Numbered from the whole stretch's first letter, positions 38,450 to 51,130 are shown. The stretch is DNA of 55,238 bases, filler included, from Sphacelaria rigidula (GCA_964200075.2; 5 parts of 5 records of this genome joined end to end with filler, not necessarily neighbours in it), one strand, 5' to 3'. Made by a program: numbers and translations. The notes: generated from the sequence alone by a model not told the origin.

Positions 38450-39100
38450 AGACAAAGGCTGTAACAAGCACAGCTGAGGATGTCTACACACAATATGTGG
38501 CGCACGTAAAAAGAATTGTGACGCAAAAGTACACGACGATCAACTTGCCTTTGACGCGAGGGCAAACAAGAAGGCAAGGGACGCCGTCGAAAAGGGTCGT
38601 TACTTGGGTGCAAAGGTGTGCCATCCATAAATTATATCCAAGACGCGTGACTAGTTATACCCGATGTAAATGTGTACAGCGTCTGATCTAGCGGACAGGC
38701 TCCTTTGACCCTTTCGGAACTCGCGAAAAACAGTACAGACTCCCACATGCGAGCTTTCGTCACCGGGGAAACGTCACTTGGAGTTGGGTGCACGAATCTG
38801 CCACATTAGTATACTTGAACTCAGAGTGGTGCACCGTTTTGATGGGCTGCATCATCAACACTTGCACAAAAACAACATAATATCTTGCCCAAGAAAACGT
38901 CAATGGTAAAATCGTCATTTTCCCGCCAACGGTTCCAAAAGGGTTAAATCGCCGGGAAAAGGAATGACCTTGTATCAAGAAAATGGTCTATTGACGTTTT
39001 TTTTTCTCTAGATTCGCTCGCTCCCTATGCCCTGATTTTTTGTAAGTACCAACACTCCGCACCCTGGGGCACCGTCAAACAACTTACGGAGGTCTTCGAG
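38450..39100 (-). pseudogene. Highly degenerate DDE transposase relic (Sola/DUF7869-like?)
   Basis: Minus-strand IFLIQGHSFSRRFNPFGTVG (~38990-38925) resembles FL..GHS....D..FG. LFDGAPG...KN lies upstream. There are many stops and frameshifts. Confidence 0.3.
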
Positions 39101-40756
39101 ATGTACGCTCAAACTTGTGGCAGGCGCTCTATTTTTACAAAACCAAGGGTTTGAAGTTTCGGCTTCAGCCACGCCCTATCGTCTGCCTTTCATGCGTATA
39201 GGTTCCAACGTCTCTCACGGGCGTAAAATCGGCCAGGAACCAACCCGCTGTGATATCTCTCTTGGCATATTTTAATTAGTTATACAACTGATTCCCGCTT
39301 CATCTTTGTTTTGAAAAATCAAACATATTGATGCATGCTCCACTACCGATAATTCGGCTCGGGACATGAGCCATGGTGACATGTGGTGTATCCTCGACTT
39401 CAATGGTCAAACACCTTTGAAGAATTTCGGGAATGCCGCACCGCTGTGCGTGTCAAAATTGGTCGTAACCTGATCGTGAAGAGCTCACCTCAGCAGAGGA
39501 TGTTTCATTTCTGTTCCGATACAAGATAAAATATACCACCCCCTCCTCTTCGAACCAGGACTTGAACAAAACAATTCCCTGCCGCACCAACTGTGCACAG
39601 CATGAGAATCACTCACACCTTTACTTGCGTTGCCAACTAAAATTGCGGTCAATCATGAAATATAAACAAAACACTACCGGTACATCATAGTCCAAGAACA
39701 CAACACAAGTGTGCACAAAAATTGCAAGATTTTGATGTCCGCTCATAAGGTAACGATGATTAATTACAACGTAAATATTACATAGTCGTGCTGCTTCTGT
39801 AGCCCCAGACGACAAGTGAATTGTGTTTGTATTAATTCTTGAATATAATGAAAAAGCAGCATGCAGCATTACACGACTCGTTTGTCACCTTCTCGTGGGA
39901 TGTTTTCACAAGTGTTCATAGTATCCTGTAAATCAAGGGTATCGTCGCATACAATTCATCAATGTTTTACAAGTGAGGCCATCTCCTGTGGGCATGAAAT
40001 CTTGCATGAGATTTTCGTTGTGTGGTAATTTTTCAGGTGGCGAAAGATCTAGGTGAAATATTGCATAGGTGGTCTTATGGGAAAACGCGATACTCTTACC
40101 ATGCAGTGCAGTTCGACTATGTCTTGTGCAGGTGCGAAACTCTTCAAAAATGGGATACGTGGAAATTGAAAATACGGCACTTTCATCCCTTGTGGTACAG
40201 TTGTCATGGGATTGAAAAATAATCCAATCGGCCATATTACTAGTAGTGAAGTTAGTAGTAGTAGTAGCAGTACTACTACCACCACCACCACTACTACTGC
40301 TACTACTACAAGTACTAATACTATCATTTCCGTCACATTGGGTCGATCTCTCGAACCCGTAGGCACAGACAGTGCAAGAAGCATACCATCTATACCTATA
40401 TACTGAACAAACAACGGAGGACAGTTAGAGACAAAACCTCTTCATGAAATAAAAGGCACCCACACCAGGAAAAAATGGTGAAAGACCGATCGAACTACAG
40501 GAAACCTACTGGAATCTAGAAAAGCCCCGGCGTGCAACCTCCATGACTACCTTGTCATCTATTGGTGTTTCTACAGAGTGTACTAACGGCCAATGCGGTA
40601 ACCGAGATGTCACATGGAGCAGGAACCAACGCCAGGAAGATCTATTATGCGGTCTACCGGTAGCGTTTCCATTTTCAAAATATCTCGGCGGGCGGGCGGA
40701 TGTACTTTTTGACCTGATTGGATTTCCCCCCTCCATGAAAACTAGGGATGGTAATA

Positions 40757-42875
40757 TGAGACCATATTTTATGGCAACCAATCTCGATTTGTACAAATAT
40801 GAGGATTTCAGCCCGTCTACAGGCGATTTCCTCACGTGGATTTATTTTCCGTACCCCAATCCGTTAGGCAATATGCTCCGGCTAGCTGAGAGCAAACCAA
40901 ATCAATTCTCCCAAAAAATCGGTGGAGATGCGGGAGTGTCCCATTTGAGCAGAAAGGTGGTAAACCAAAATTCAACATCCAAAGAATCGGAGAATTGATC
41001 GTTTGCTCACAGCTAGCCGATAAACATTGCCCGACGGACTGGGGTCCGAAAAATCCAAGGTTGTGTTCTGTAGGGTACGGTTTTCTGTACACCCGGGGCA
41101 TTTTGGCGGATATTTACCGTGTACCCGACAGTTCTGTAACCTCTGTGAGACTTTCATACCCTTACCCGATAGTTCTGTAATCTCCGTAAGACTCCCGTAC
41201 CGTTACCGGGGGGCATGGGTACGCTCTTGATAAGATACCTGATTACGGGTACGATTTTCTGTGCAACCTCCATACCCTACCCAACAGTTTCTGTGAGTTC
41301 TGTAAGCTTCCCATACCCTTACCCGACAGTTGTGTGATTTATGTACAGAATGTTTACCTGTACCCGGAGCGCGGGTATGCTCTCGAAAAAGTACCTGATT
41401 GCCATAACGGTTTTCTATAAGCCTCCCATACCATACCCGACAAGTTCTGTAATTTCTGAACGACTTTTATCCAGTACCGGTACCCGACAGTTCTGTAAGC
41501 TCTGTAAGCCTCCCATACCTACCCAGGGTTAGGGTATTCCGTTATAGATATACCCGATTTCAGGTATGAGCACAGATATATGCCTTGGTGAGGTACGGAT
41601 ATAGGTTCAATCCCAACACAGCCTCATGATCTGAACATGTACCTTCCGTTGATCAACCCACCCAACTCCTTCATTCAAAGCTGCAGACCAACAATATTTC
41701 AATGTTGAAAAGTTCTTTAGTTTGGGATCTGACAGGATTAAAGGTACCGCTGAGAGGAAACACGAAACATGAACAGCCTTGCAGACCGTCAGGATAGATC
41801 ACCCCCGGGCTCGAGTGGTGGCTCGAGCAGGGGCGGTTCATCTGCGCCACCAGAGGATCAAGTAACAAGACGCACGTTATCGACGTTGATGGTGGTTGTG
41901 TCGTGGTCATCACACCCCAGGCCGTTATCGACATGTACAGCATGGAGTATGAGCTGCCACCGAAAGTCGTCAAGGCCGTCGGCGATTTTGTCGCGTGCTG
42001 AAGGGCTTCCAGAGAACAGGCAGCCGTGAATGCCCCTTCATGTACTCTTTGGGAGTGTACGTGAAGCCGACAGATTTGGACGATCCTGTGCACATGTACT
42101 ACTGCGATTGTTCGTGCTGTCTTTCTTTATCAACCCCGTGAGGCCGTTCAGAGTTTTCGTGAACTGCCATCTGTATTTCGCCACTGTTTTAGTGACATAG
42201 GTCCCACCACAGGGATGACAGTGATAAAACCAAGGTCGTGTTTAGTAGGGTACGGTTTTCTGTATACCCAGGGCATTTTGCCGGGTATTTACCGTACCCG
42301 ACAGTTCTGAAAAATCTTCAAGATTTCCATACCGGTACCCGACAGTTCTGTATTCTCTGTAAGACCTTCAAAGCCGTACCCGATAGTTCTGTGAGTTCTG
42401 TAAACCTCTCGTACCGTTACCGGGGGGCACGGGTATGCTCTTGATAAGATACCCTGTTGCGGGTACGGTTTTCTGTGCAACCTTCATGCCCTACCCGACA
42501 GTTTCTGTGAGTTTTGTAAGCCACACATACCTTTACCCCACAGTTCTGTGAGTTCTGCACAAAAAAATTACCCCAAACCGAGGGGCGGGTATACCCTAAA
42601 AGAGTTACCCGGTTACCGACACCGGTTTTCTGTAAGCCTCCCATACCGTACCCGACAAGTTCTGTATTTTTTGTAAGAGTTTCATACCGGTACCCGACAG
42701 TTCTGTAAGTTCTGCAAGGAATCTCATACCCTACAGAACGCACCCGTACCATATAGAACACAACCTTGGGAAAATCAATCCACGGGAGAACATCGCCTGT
42801 AGACGCGCTGATACCCTCATACTTGAACAAATCAAGACTGGCTGGTTGCTGGTTGCCATAAAATATGGTCTGATA
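40757..42875. mobile_element. Fold-back element whose right arm is split by the 41056-42768 insertion
   Basis: The left arm 40757-40911 (agaccatattttatggcaacc...gtggatttattttccgtaccccaatccgttaggcaat...ctagctgagagcaaac) pairs with 40989-41055 joined to 42769-42875. Confidence 0.75.
41056..42768. mobile_element. Composite hAT-like insertion: two direct MITE units flanking ~600 bp of unrelated DNA
   Basis: Outer TIR CAAGGTTGTGTTCT at both ends. The 8-bp flanks gaaaaatc/ggaaaatc match 7/8. Units ~41056-41626 and 42231-42768 are rich in tacccgacagttctgt subterminal repeats. Confidence 0.75.
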
Positions 42876-44172
42876 CGTTGGGGGGATTCTTGCAGCACAT
42901 CCCATTTTTTTTCAATTTCAGAACAGGCAAGAACGCTCCTCAGGAATTTTCTTCGGAACTCTTTGAATTCAATCCTCCACCTAAACACAGGGCAGCTAGG
43001 ACAGCCATCAACAATCCAGTGTGACCTGTGCTAGACTGCCCTGGTCTTCAAGGTTGTACAGCAGTGTAGAGCTGTGCTCACCCTTCGACTAGCAAATGTA
43101 CGACCGACAAAATGGGTGAAACATGCAGCACAGACAGCAGACCGCCGCGTACGGTATAGATATTTCACCAAGATGGAGGAGCACAGGACGGCTACAACCT
43201 ACACTGCTCATACCCGAACAGAGAACATCTACAGGCAAGGAATGCCGTGAAAGACAAGAACAATGGAGATGCGGTTTCTTCTTGGGTGACAAGCATCACA
43301 CTTCCTTGCCCCGCAAAACTGCTGTGGCTCGTACGGTTCCAGATATGCATGGATACATATCCACAGCGTCCCCAATACAATGCGCTATCCGAACACCCCT
43401 ACAGGACTGCAGCTTGTCGCAGCTTCGACAACGTGCAGCCGACGTGCAAAGTCATGAAATTGAGTTCATAATGATAGCAATCACCATAAGCATTTTTCAA
43501 TGCTAATAGCTCACCGTCATCGGGAATTCGGCAGCAGCAGCGGAGGATACAAACTGGATAATCAGCAGCCTGTTTTGTCTCGACATCTGCCGCTCTACAT
43601 GTTTTTCGTAATCACAGTAGCCCAAAAAAGCTTCACAGACCCATTGGTGTACGATATAAGATATTTAGTACGAGCTGGGCCAGCCCACAGAGCAATATAT
43701 CATCACCGGAAACGAATTGGGCCGTGATCCGCATATCGTAAAAATCGTCTAATCAAGGGGAAGGTGTCCATCTGCTCAAAAGTTTGGGCCCATAATTTTT
43801 CGTTGATTAAACCCCATGTCTAGTAACTCCTATACCTAAGGGAGATAGAGCCAATCAATACTAAAATCTCCATGAAACTCTCGATTTATGCATTTAGCCG
43901 ATGGCGACGAACATTGGTGTGGAGAACCGCAGAAGAGTGCAGAATAAAAAAAAAATGGGCCTTCATTTTTCTATTTTCTTTCATGGAGGTTAAGGCGTTC
44001 TCGTGAAGAAATGGTCTTTACCATACTAACGCGCCCTCATCAACCAGTGAAAAAATGAACGAAAAATAATCTGGTCCACTGAGTTTTGTTCATTATGCCC
44101 TGGCAAGGGCCCACAAAAAATTTCAATACACATAAACCAAACGTGGGCCGGTGAGCGGCCTGCGAAATACTG

Positions 44173-44272
44173 NNNNNNNNNNNNNNNNNNNNNNNNNNNN
44201 NNNNNNNNNNNNNNNNTTAATTAATTAANNNNNNNNNNNNNNNNNNNNNNNNNNNNNNNNNNNNNNNNNNNN
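44173..44272. other. Artificial contig linker
   Basis: 44 N + TTAATTAATTAA + 44 N. Confidence 0.98.
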
Positions 44273-45224
44273 GGCAACCCTGTTAATTGCGTAATTGCGC
44301 TCTTTGAGGCACCTTTGGTTTTTCTCGTTTGAGGAGCGGGAGGATCGGGCATGGGCTGGTCATAGCCCTCTTGTTTTTTTTCGCGTTGTCTCCTCGTGAC
44401 TTGATGGGTGAGACAAGCCTGAATTTTAGTTGCTCTTAAGATTTCATCGCAACTCAAATAGAGGTTCGTCTGGGTGGGTGAGTGTCATGAGGAAGGAAGA
44501 TTGAGAGGTGTTATTTGTTCCTGCAGACAGCTTTGGGGCAGGTTGGCTCACAGATCATCCGATCTGTCCATGAGGATTTCTCCCATGGTTTTTGGGAAGG
44601 TTGGCATGCAGGCTTACGTACCCTAGCCCCGAGAGGGAGGAACGCCTTCTCGGGCCTAGGTCAGATAGGTTGTGTTGCATGCATCCTCGGTCACTCTCTG
44701 AGCTGCTCCCTGAGCTGGACCATCTGCTCCTACTGCTTACCTTTGGTGAGAACAGCATGCTAGGCGAGCAAGAGAATAAGAAGCAAGAATAAGAAGATAT
44801 CATGCCTTCGAGCTCCTTTCATCTGTTTGCTACTGTTGACCATCAGTCACGTTAACCTGTGTGTGTGAAACACATATCTCTCGGACACATCATTGCACCT
44901 TGTGTATAGCCTGCAGCACATTGATCTATCAAGGAAGGTGTGTGGACCCTGTCCATACTTATCCTTACTACATCTCTGACTTCGTGTAGTCCATATTTTG
45001 ATACTAGTGACACCAATGAGTGAAACGGCACACGGCAACTCAAAATAATGCACACTATGGTTGGGCGTGGTGTGGCGGTGCATGCTGCCGTGGCGCTGAA
45101 CTTGCGCTCACATCGCGTGCGTATTATGATGACGTATCCACACTCTTCTTGAACCTATGCATTATATCACGCGAGTATCACACATATATGCCATTCTCAC
45201 ACTAGTTGTGGTACAAGTTGAGCG

Positions 45225-45562
45225 TGTGACGGTCGTGACGTTCATTTAGACGTCACAAACGCATACTAATGTCACTTGTGACGTCTTTTGTGACGTGTAA
45301 CGTATAATACGTTACACCTTACACGTTACGGGAAACGTTTCACATCACGTTACTGTGACGTGAAAAAAATACGTCACGTCACGTCACATTTGTGAGGTAT
45401 TGAAAAATTGAACGTTACGTCAGGTCACATTTTTTCACCGGTACGTTACGTTACGTCATATTTGTGACGTATTCGAAAAAACATACGTTACGTTACGTCA
45501 CACACTTGTGACGTACTTCTGTGACGTGAAACGTACGTGTAACGTATAGCGTAAAGAGCCCT
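45225..45562. repeat. ACGT-rich (gtgacg/cgtcac/acgtta) palindromic repeat element
   Basis: Dozens of ACGT(C/T)A motifs in both orientations, resembling MITE subterminal repeats. Confidence 0.65.
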
Positions 45563-45594
45563 CAAAACTACACATTTTTGGTTGACCCAGCTCG

Positions 45595-45815
45595 TAGTCG
45601 TTTGGAAACAACTAGTTGCGCACGGTTGTGGAACAGTAGTTGTTTGGAAACAACTAGTCGCGCACAATTGTGGAACAGCAGTGTTTTTAAAGCAACAAGT
45701 TGAGCACGATTTTTAACACTTAGTTACTAGGAAACAACTAGTTGCACACGATTCTGAACAAGTAGTTGTTTGGTGGCCCGGGTAGTTGTCAACATCGTGG
45801 AACAAGTACACTTAG
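45595..45815. repeat. ~42-bp degenerate tandem repeat (ggaaacaactagttgcgcac)
   Basis: tttggaaacaactagt(t/c)gcgcac..ttgtggaacag occurs twice, plus 2-3 decayed units. Confidence 0.7.
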
Positions 45816-46260
45816 ACCGTTAGATGAGATCAAGCTGACGCATGAATATGTGAGCACCCCACGCAATCACACACGAACACACACGAAAGACCAAGCGCAC
45901 CAAATGGCAGCTGTGCCACCAGCCGCCCCTACACCAGCACCAGCTGCTCGCATGCCACACCAGCACCAGCAGCAGATGGTGAGCAGCAAAAGTGAAAACG
46001 CTGTATTACAGTAGTGTGAACTCGTATCTGTGCAGGACAGGGAGTAAGCCAGAAAGGCCAGGCCGACCTATTCCTGGATAAAGCAAAATACAGAAGTATG
46101 TGGTGTAATGTAAAGCAAAGGCATACATCATTCGGGGCGCGAGCATGGCACGTTCAAGGGTCAGGCTTTACTGCTGTATTATGTATTTATCATGTCCAAC
46201 TGGCTTGATCAACCACGGTTCCCCTCGGACATCGAAACACAAACAACACCATATTCGTGA

Positions 46261-46308
46261 GATTCAGAGCGTAGTTTCGGATTCAGAGCGTAGTTTCGGA
46301 TTCAGAGT
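46261..46308. repeat. 19-bp tandem repeat x2.5
   Basis: gattcagagcgtagtttcg repeated. Confidence 0.9.
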
Positions 46309-46881
46309 GAGTATTTCAAACGGAGGGCCAGTTTTCTTTGTGGTCGATTCTTTAGCAAAACAGTTCGTGTTACTAATCACCCAAAATTGGAAGCGGTAAA
46401 AACACGCACGTTCATTCTTCGGGTTGGGGCGAGAGCTTCGCGCCAACATTTACGTGTTTCATGTGCGAATTTTGCAGAATTTTTCCGAATTGTTCCGCCT
46501 TTGTGTGTTGATTTTCTCGAGCCTATAAGAAAGGTGTTTGGTTCAAGTGAACGGGACGTCCCAAAAATGCGGATTACATCCGTCTTGTCCCAAGTGATGC
46601 GATGCGCGACTCATAGTTGGTATCTGTCTGTGCGCATGCGTCATACCACGCTCAGTGGTCGCAAGTCGGGGCCATCACCCAGCCAGACATTACACTATGC
46701 TCCAAGGAGGTATCACATGGCACCCAAAATCATGCCTCAGCATGTCATACCCTCACAGACACGACTCAAACGAGAATTGAACGTACCAATACGCTTGAGA
46801 AAACAGCATCAAGCCTGCTCTGTCGCTTTTCGATTCTACCGTTCTCCACCGTTTCTCATCTCTAAATAATGCTATTCTCAA

Positions 46882-48505
46882 CTAATTGCTCGGTTCAGCG
46901 TTTGCTGGTCGACCATTTCTGCGTGGTCGGTAGTACGCAGCATTGCGCTGTACCTCAGGGGGTGGCTCCACACGCGGGCGTGGCACTACAGGCACGGGAG
47001 GGTCTGCGAGAGGGGGAGTCGGCAATACCCGGCTTGCTGTCTCGCAAAACCCTGCCTCCACCATGTCCTCTCTCTCGTCGTCCTCTTCGTCCTCCTTCTC
47101 CTCCTCTCCCTCCTCCTCTTCTTCATCGTCCTCACTTTCGCCCTCTGCCCCCGGCAAAGTACTCTCTGCGACAGAAGCCCAGACGTGCTTCGGCAGCTTG
47201 CCCTGCTTGGTAAGGCTAAAAAATTTCGAGCTGACGGCCGCAACGCTCTCTGAGCCAATGAAAGGTACCCGCCTCCCACCCTCCATAAGGTACTCCTCTG
47301 TCCATCTCCCCTTACCGTTCTCCGAACGTCCGCATTTGTCAGAAACTCTCGCAGGCATGTATCAGTGTAACATCAACTCGTCACCCCCCTCTCCCGGAGC
47401 TGTGGACAGTACTTTCCCAACCGACACCGACTCTTTTTCGTTTGGAGGCGTCGGAAGCGCGACGAACTCTCCAACTTCCACCTTAAACACTACCGAATTA
47501 GCCGGTCTCGGAACGACCCCACCCGCTCCTGGCCCCTCCCCCACCCCCGCCGAGGCAGGCGGGTTAACGGTTGGGAGGACAGGTTGAAGATTGTACAAGG
47601 AAAGGTTCCAGTCGAACTCAACATCCGAAGACTTGCCGATCTCTACAACGTCTTCTGCCAACTCCTGCATTCTTCTCTCGTAAAGTCTGTCTGCCGTAAG
47701 TCCCTCCGGCAGTTCAGCTGCGATGTTAGTGGGAAGCAGACGTGGGGGGTGTACTCATTTGTTGCTTGCCTTAGTCGTTTGACCATTGACCACGCATCCC
47801 TTTCGAGACGGAGCAGACGTGGGGGGGAGGGCAGTAAGAAGAAACACCCGATGAAGGAACTGGAGCATGGGTAGGTTGTCGAGAGGTCCTAACGGGCGAT
47901 AAACCCCGACGGTCGTGAACGGGAGTATGGCGGTAACGTCTGCCTCAGCCCTCTATCTGCCCATAGTACGTGGACAAGCACGACTGCCGGAAACACCACT
48001 AGCGTCCGGCAGAGAAGAAAATGCACGATCATGTCTGTTCTTTGATCCCGAAACAAGTCGCGATGACTCGACCCGAAATGGACGTTTCTTCCCTCCGGCC
48101 CCCCACATCGCAACCAGTAACCACCCCACACGTTCAAGCACTCCTTCCCCCGCCAGCTGAAGAGAAGATGACCGACCCTCGCTACCGAGTTCACTCACCG
48201 ACGTTGTTGCAGCCGTTCTTGATTCGGGGTCCCGCCGCGCCAATGCAAATACGGTGTTGACTGAGCGTGTGGTCCGGTATCGCCTTCCAAGGATGGTCTG
48301 GCGTGTCGCGCAGGTCAGGGTAACTCTTCATGATCGTCATGTAGCCCGGGCCGTACTCTCCTTCCCTGTTGGCACGACAGGTAGTGGATGTAGGATGAAG
48401 CAAAACAACTCGTAGCTCGCACAACCAGTAGCTGGGAATTCCAGCGCTTGGGCTAGTTCTCGCCCATGTCGCCAATATGAGGTGCTTCATGCGACCTGAA
48501 CCCAA
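46882..48505 (-). pseudogene. Disrupted C-terminal coding region of a probable TE-associated protein
   Basis: ORFs 47670-47362 and 47358-46882 are in the same frame, separated by a TGA in ELMLH*YMP (probably from TGG). They read VEVGEFVAL...VGKVLS...LH(W)Y...FFSLTKQGKLP followed by an acidic tail. There is a frameshift near 47650 and an upstream exon-like block 48505-48197 ending in GTGAG. Confidence 0.5.
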
Positions 48506-48519
48506 ACATCAGGCGCAAA

Positions 48520-49214
48520 AAATGTACATACGACATGGACAACTACTTTTGCGCTGTCTATACTGCTTAAGCCGGTCGCCCCGGTAGCTCAGTTGGTAAT
48601 CTCGTAACCTTGTAGCGGTTAAGTAATGGGGTTCGATCCCCGGAGCGATCCGGGAATTTTTCTTACACCATGCCCAACAGTGGAGAGCGACTATGTCGTG
48701 GGTACACAATATTCGACTTAACGGTCGACGAGGGAAAGGGAATGCTGAACCCCTCTCGCGATAAAAAATAAAAGGCAAGCACCGCAGAAGGAGAGGTGGA
48801 GTATTAAAAGCAAATAAAAAATAAAAAAGCTCCTGTGTTGACCGTCCTCCTGTATGACCCCGGCTGATGCGCCCACATATACCGAAAGGTGTAGACTGGC
48901 GCCCAGAATAAATGGGACGACAACACTGCGCTTGTATGCGAGGAGTGTGTGATCGGGTACCGGCTGTACCACTGCGGGTGCGTTGTGCGAGGAATGTGTG
49001 ATGGAACGACAATTCCCGGACACAGAAAAGACTCTGCGAATGAATGGCTTTTCGCAAAGATATTCGGCAAATTCCGCTGTCTGCAAATTGTGGCCAGTTT
49101 CCAGATATTTGTTTCGTGAAAAATGGCCCTATAAAGTCGCGTTCTGCAAAACGTCTCCGGGGGCTGACCGAAATGACTTTCTCCGAGACTTTTTTCAGTC
49201 TACGAGAAGCGGCC
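48520..49214 (-). mobile_element. One end of the Harbinger-type element family of 53097-54111, interrupted by a SINE
   Basis: The reverse complement aligns with 53097-~53430 on both sides of the SINE. It ends in agaagcggcc|TAA. Confidence 0.75.
48567..48924 (+). mobile_element. Full-length tRNA-derived SINE
   Basis: A box tagctcagttgg and B box ggttcgatccc, a non-tRNA body and an acaac tail. It is flanked by an actgc duplication (48562-66 / 48925-29). There are three copies in the window. Confidence 0.85.
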
Positions 49215-49292
49215 TAAACAACATCTGGTAGTGCTGTCGTCTGACGGCTGCTACTGTGCGGCCCAAACATTCGAACACGCACAAACACACCC

Positions 49293-49329
<37 letters not shown>

Positions 49330-49342
49330 GCCAAGCACTCAC

Positions 49343-51130
49343 CGTCGCTATAGGGGTCCGAGGCATAGTAGGTGGTTGATCGTCTGCTTACGGTGGCTCC
49401 GGTGGAGCGGTCGGAGACGCGGGTGCCATCCCGTTCGGCGACATAAAAGCTGCGAGCGCAACGGCCTGAAATTTGGCCACAAATACCCCAACGACGTTTG
49501 TATATATGATGTGTGTACGTTTCTTTACATCACCAGTACGTCATATGTGCGCAGCCAAGAACAGGAGGTATTCGAGCTGGTAGACGAGCGCACACCACGA
49601 AGGAGCCCACACCGAACAAGCTGCAGTTCATGTCATCGACACGTGTGTGAGGACGCCTGATATCTACGTTCGATAATGCAAGACTACTTCGCGCATGGGA
49701 TTCAATTGCTACAAGAGACGATACAAACTGGGACAGCGATAGCAGCGGAAGGCTTCAATACCCTTATCTTGGAACACTTACCGAAGTCACAAGAGGAGTA
49801 GGTGGCTGGTCGTCCGTTTGCGGTCCCTTCGCTGCAGCGGTCGGAGGCGCCGGTGCGACCCCTGTCGGCGACATGAAAGCTATAAGTCCAGCGACCTGCA
49901 GTTAGAGCACAAATTCCAAGACGAAATACAGATGTATACGTGTAATATGTGTACGTTACTTTACATCATCAGTACATCATAAGTGCGCAGCCAAGAGCAA
50001 GAGCAAGCTGCATTTGGAGCGGGACAGATCGCTCGCTAACTCACCAATCATATCGCTCCACTTCGCTTGGGAAGTTCCAGGGGAGTACTCTAAAACCAAG
50101 TGTGCGTGCAGTCCAACTCGTAGCGCGTTTCAGCAAAATCCAGTATCATGGATAATACGCTGTTGTGCACTGAACACAAAACAGAAGTACGGTACAGGTA
50201 TAGTACATGCGCCCAACGCGCGACATCAGCTGGCGTGTCGCATCAACGGACAGTGCGTTGTCCGTCTTACCGAAGACGAAATAGTCAACACAACCATGAA
50301 GCTTTCAAATGTGTGATGCCAGCACTGCGTGCCGACTAATTATGTTTTGTGCAGGGATGAACACACCGACAATATCGCAGCCCATGCAATCCAAACCGTG
50401 TTCGCAATGCGTGAGCATACCACAACAGAACAGACAGTCGAAGCTCCGACACACGATTGAGTGTTTCTGCTGCGGTACAGCAGTGAAACAGGGTATGCCC
50501 TATGTTTCAGTCCTCCGTCTGATTATGGAGAGGTCTTCAATTTTGGGCCTGTGCCGAGTTTGAACACTCGGCCATAGTCGCGCTTTCTAGGTTCCCTTTG
50601 GTTTACCCTAATCTGTGTGTGTGAGGTTTGGCTTGAGAGGCTGACTTTGCCCGCTAATTTAATTGGGCAGATTCTGTCCCGGTGTATCTTCGATTTGCCA
50701 GGACAAGAGGCATTTGAGTTGGTAGACGAGCGCACACCACAAAGAAGCCCACACCGAACGAGCTGCAGTCCATGTCATCGATACGTGTGTGACGACGCAT
50801 GATACTTACGTTCGACCATGCAAGACTACTTCGGGCATGGGTTGCACTCGCCTGCGTCATGGGTCACGTGGCGTCTGATGGGACTCAATTGCTGTAAGAA
50901 ACAAGACAAAGTGCTTCAACGACAGCAGCGGAAGCTTTCAACAATTGAATTTGGCAAAACTCACCGCATACATGGTGGGCAAAAGGCGCATGCGACTGGA
51001 GAGACAGAGGCCAGTGGGATGGCCTTGACCACGTGATGCCGATCTTGGCCACGTGCAGCCGTCGCTTCAGGTGCCAGGTGATTGGTGATGCAGGCCAGAT
51101 GGTTGTGGGAACGGGTGGGGGGGGGGTTGC
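49343..51130 (-). pseudogene. Decayed gene made of tandemly duplicated Pro-rich exon+intron cassettes
   Basis: Phase-0 exons 49895-49782 (VAGLIAFMSPTGVAPAPPTAAAKGPQTDDQPPTPLVTS) and 49465-49343 (AVALAAFMSPNGMAPASPTAPPEPP*ADDQPPT...). Intron sequence is duplicated at ~49560-49780 and ~50700-50964, with a third donor at 50964. Confidence 0.55.

Noticed and set aside
40240-40325. Ser/Thr-rich or poly-Val ORFs
   Set aside because: These come from an (AGT)n/(ACT)n/(ACC)n microsatellite and are not coding.
44273-44830. Possible gag or LINE ORF fragment at the start of contig 5
   Set aside because: No zinc knuckle, RT or other motif could be identified in any frame.
48575-48650. Functional tRNA gene
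   Set aside because: A and B boxes are present, but there is no convincing acceptor stem or cloverleaf. The head is fused to a body repeated elsewhere, so it is a SINE.
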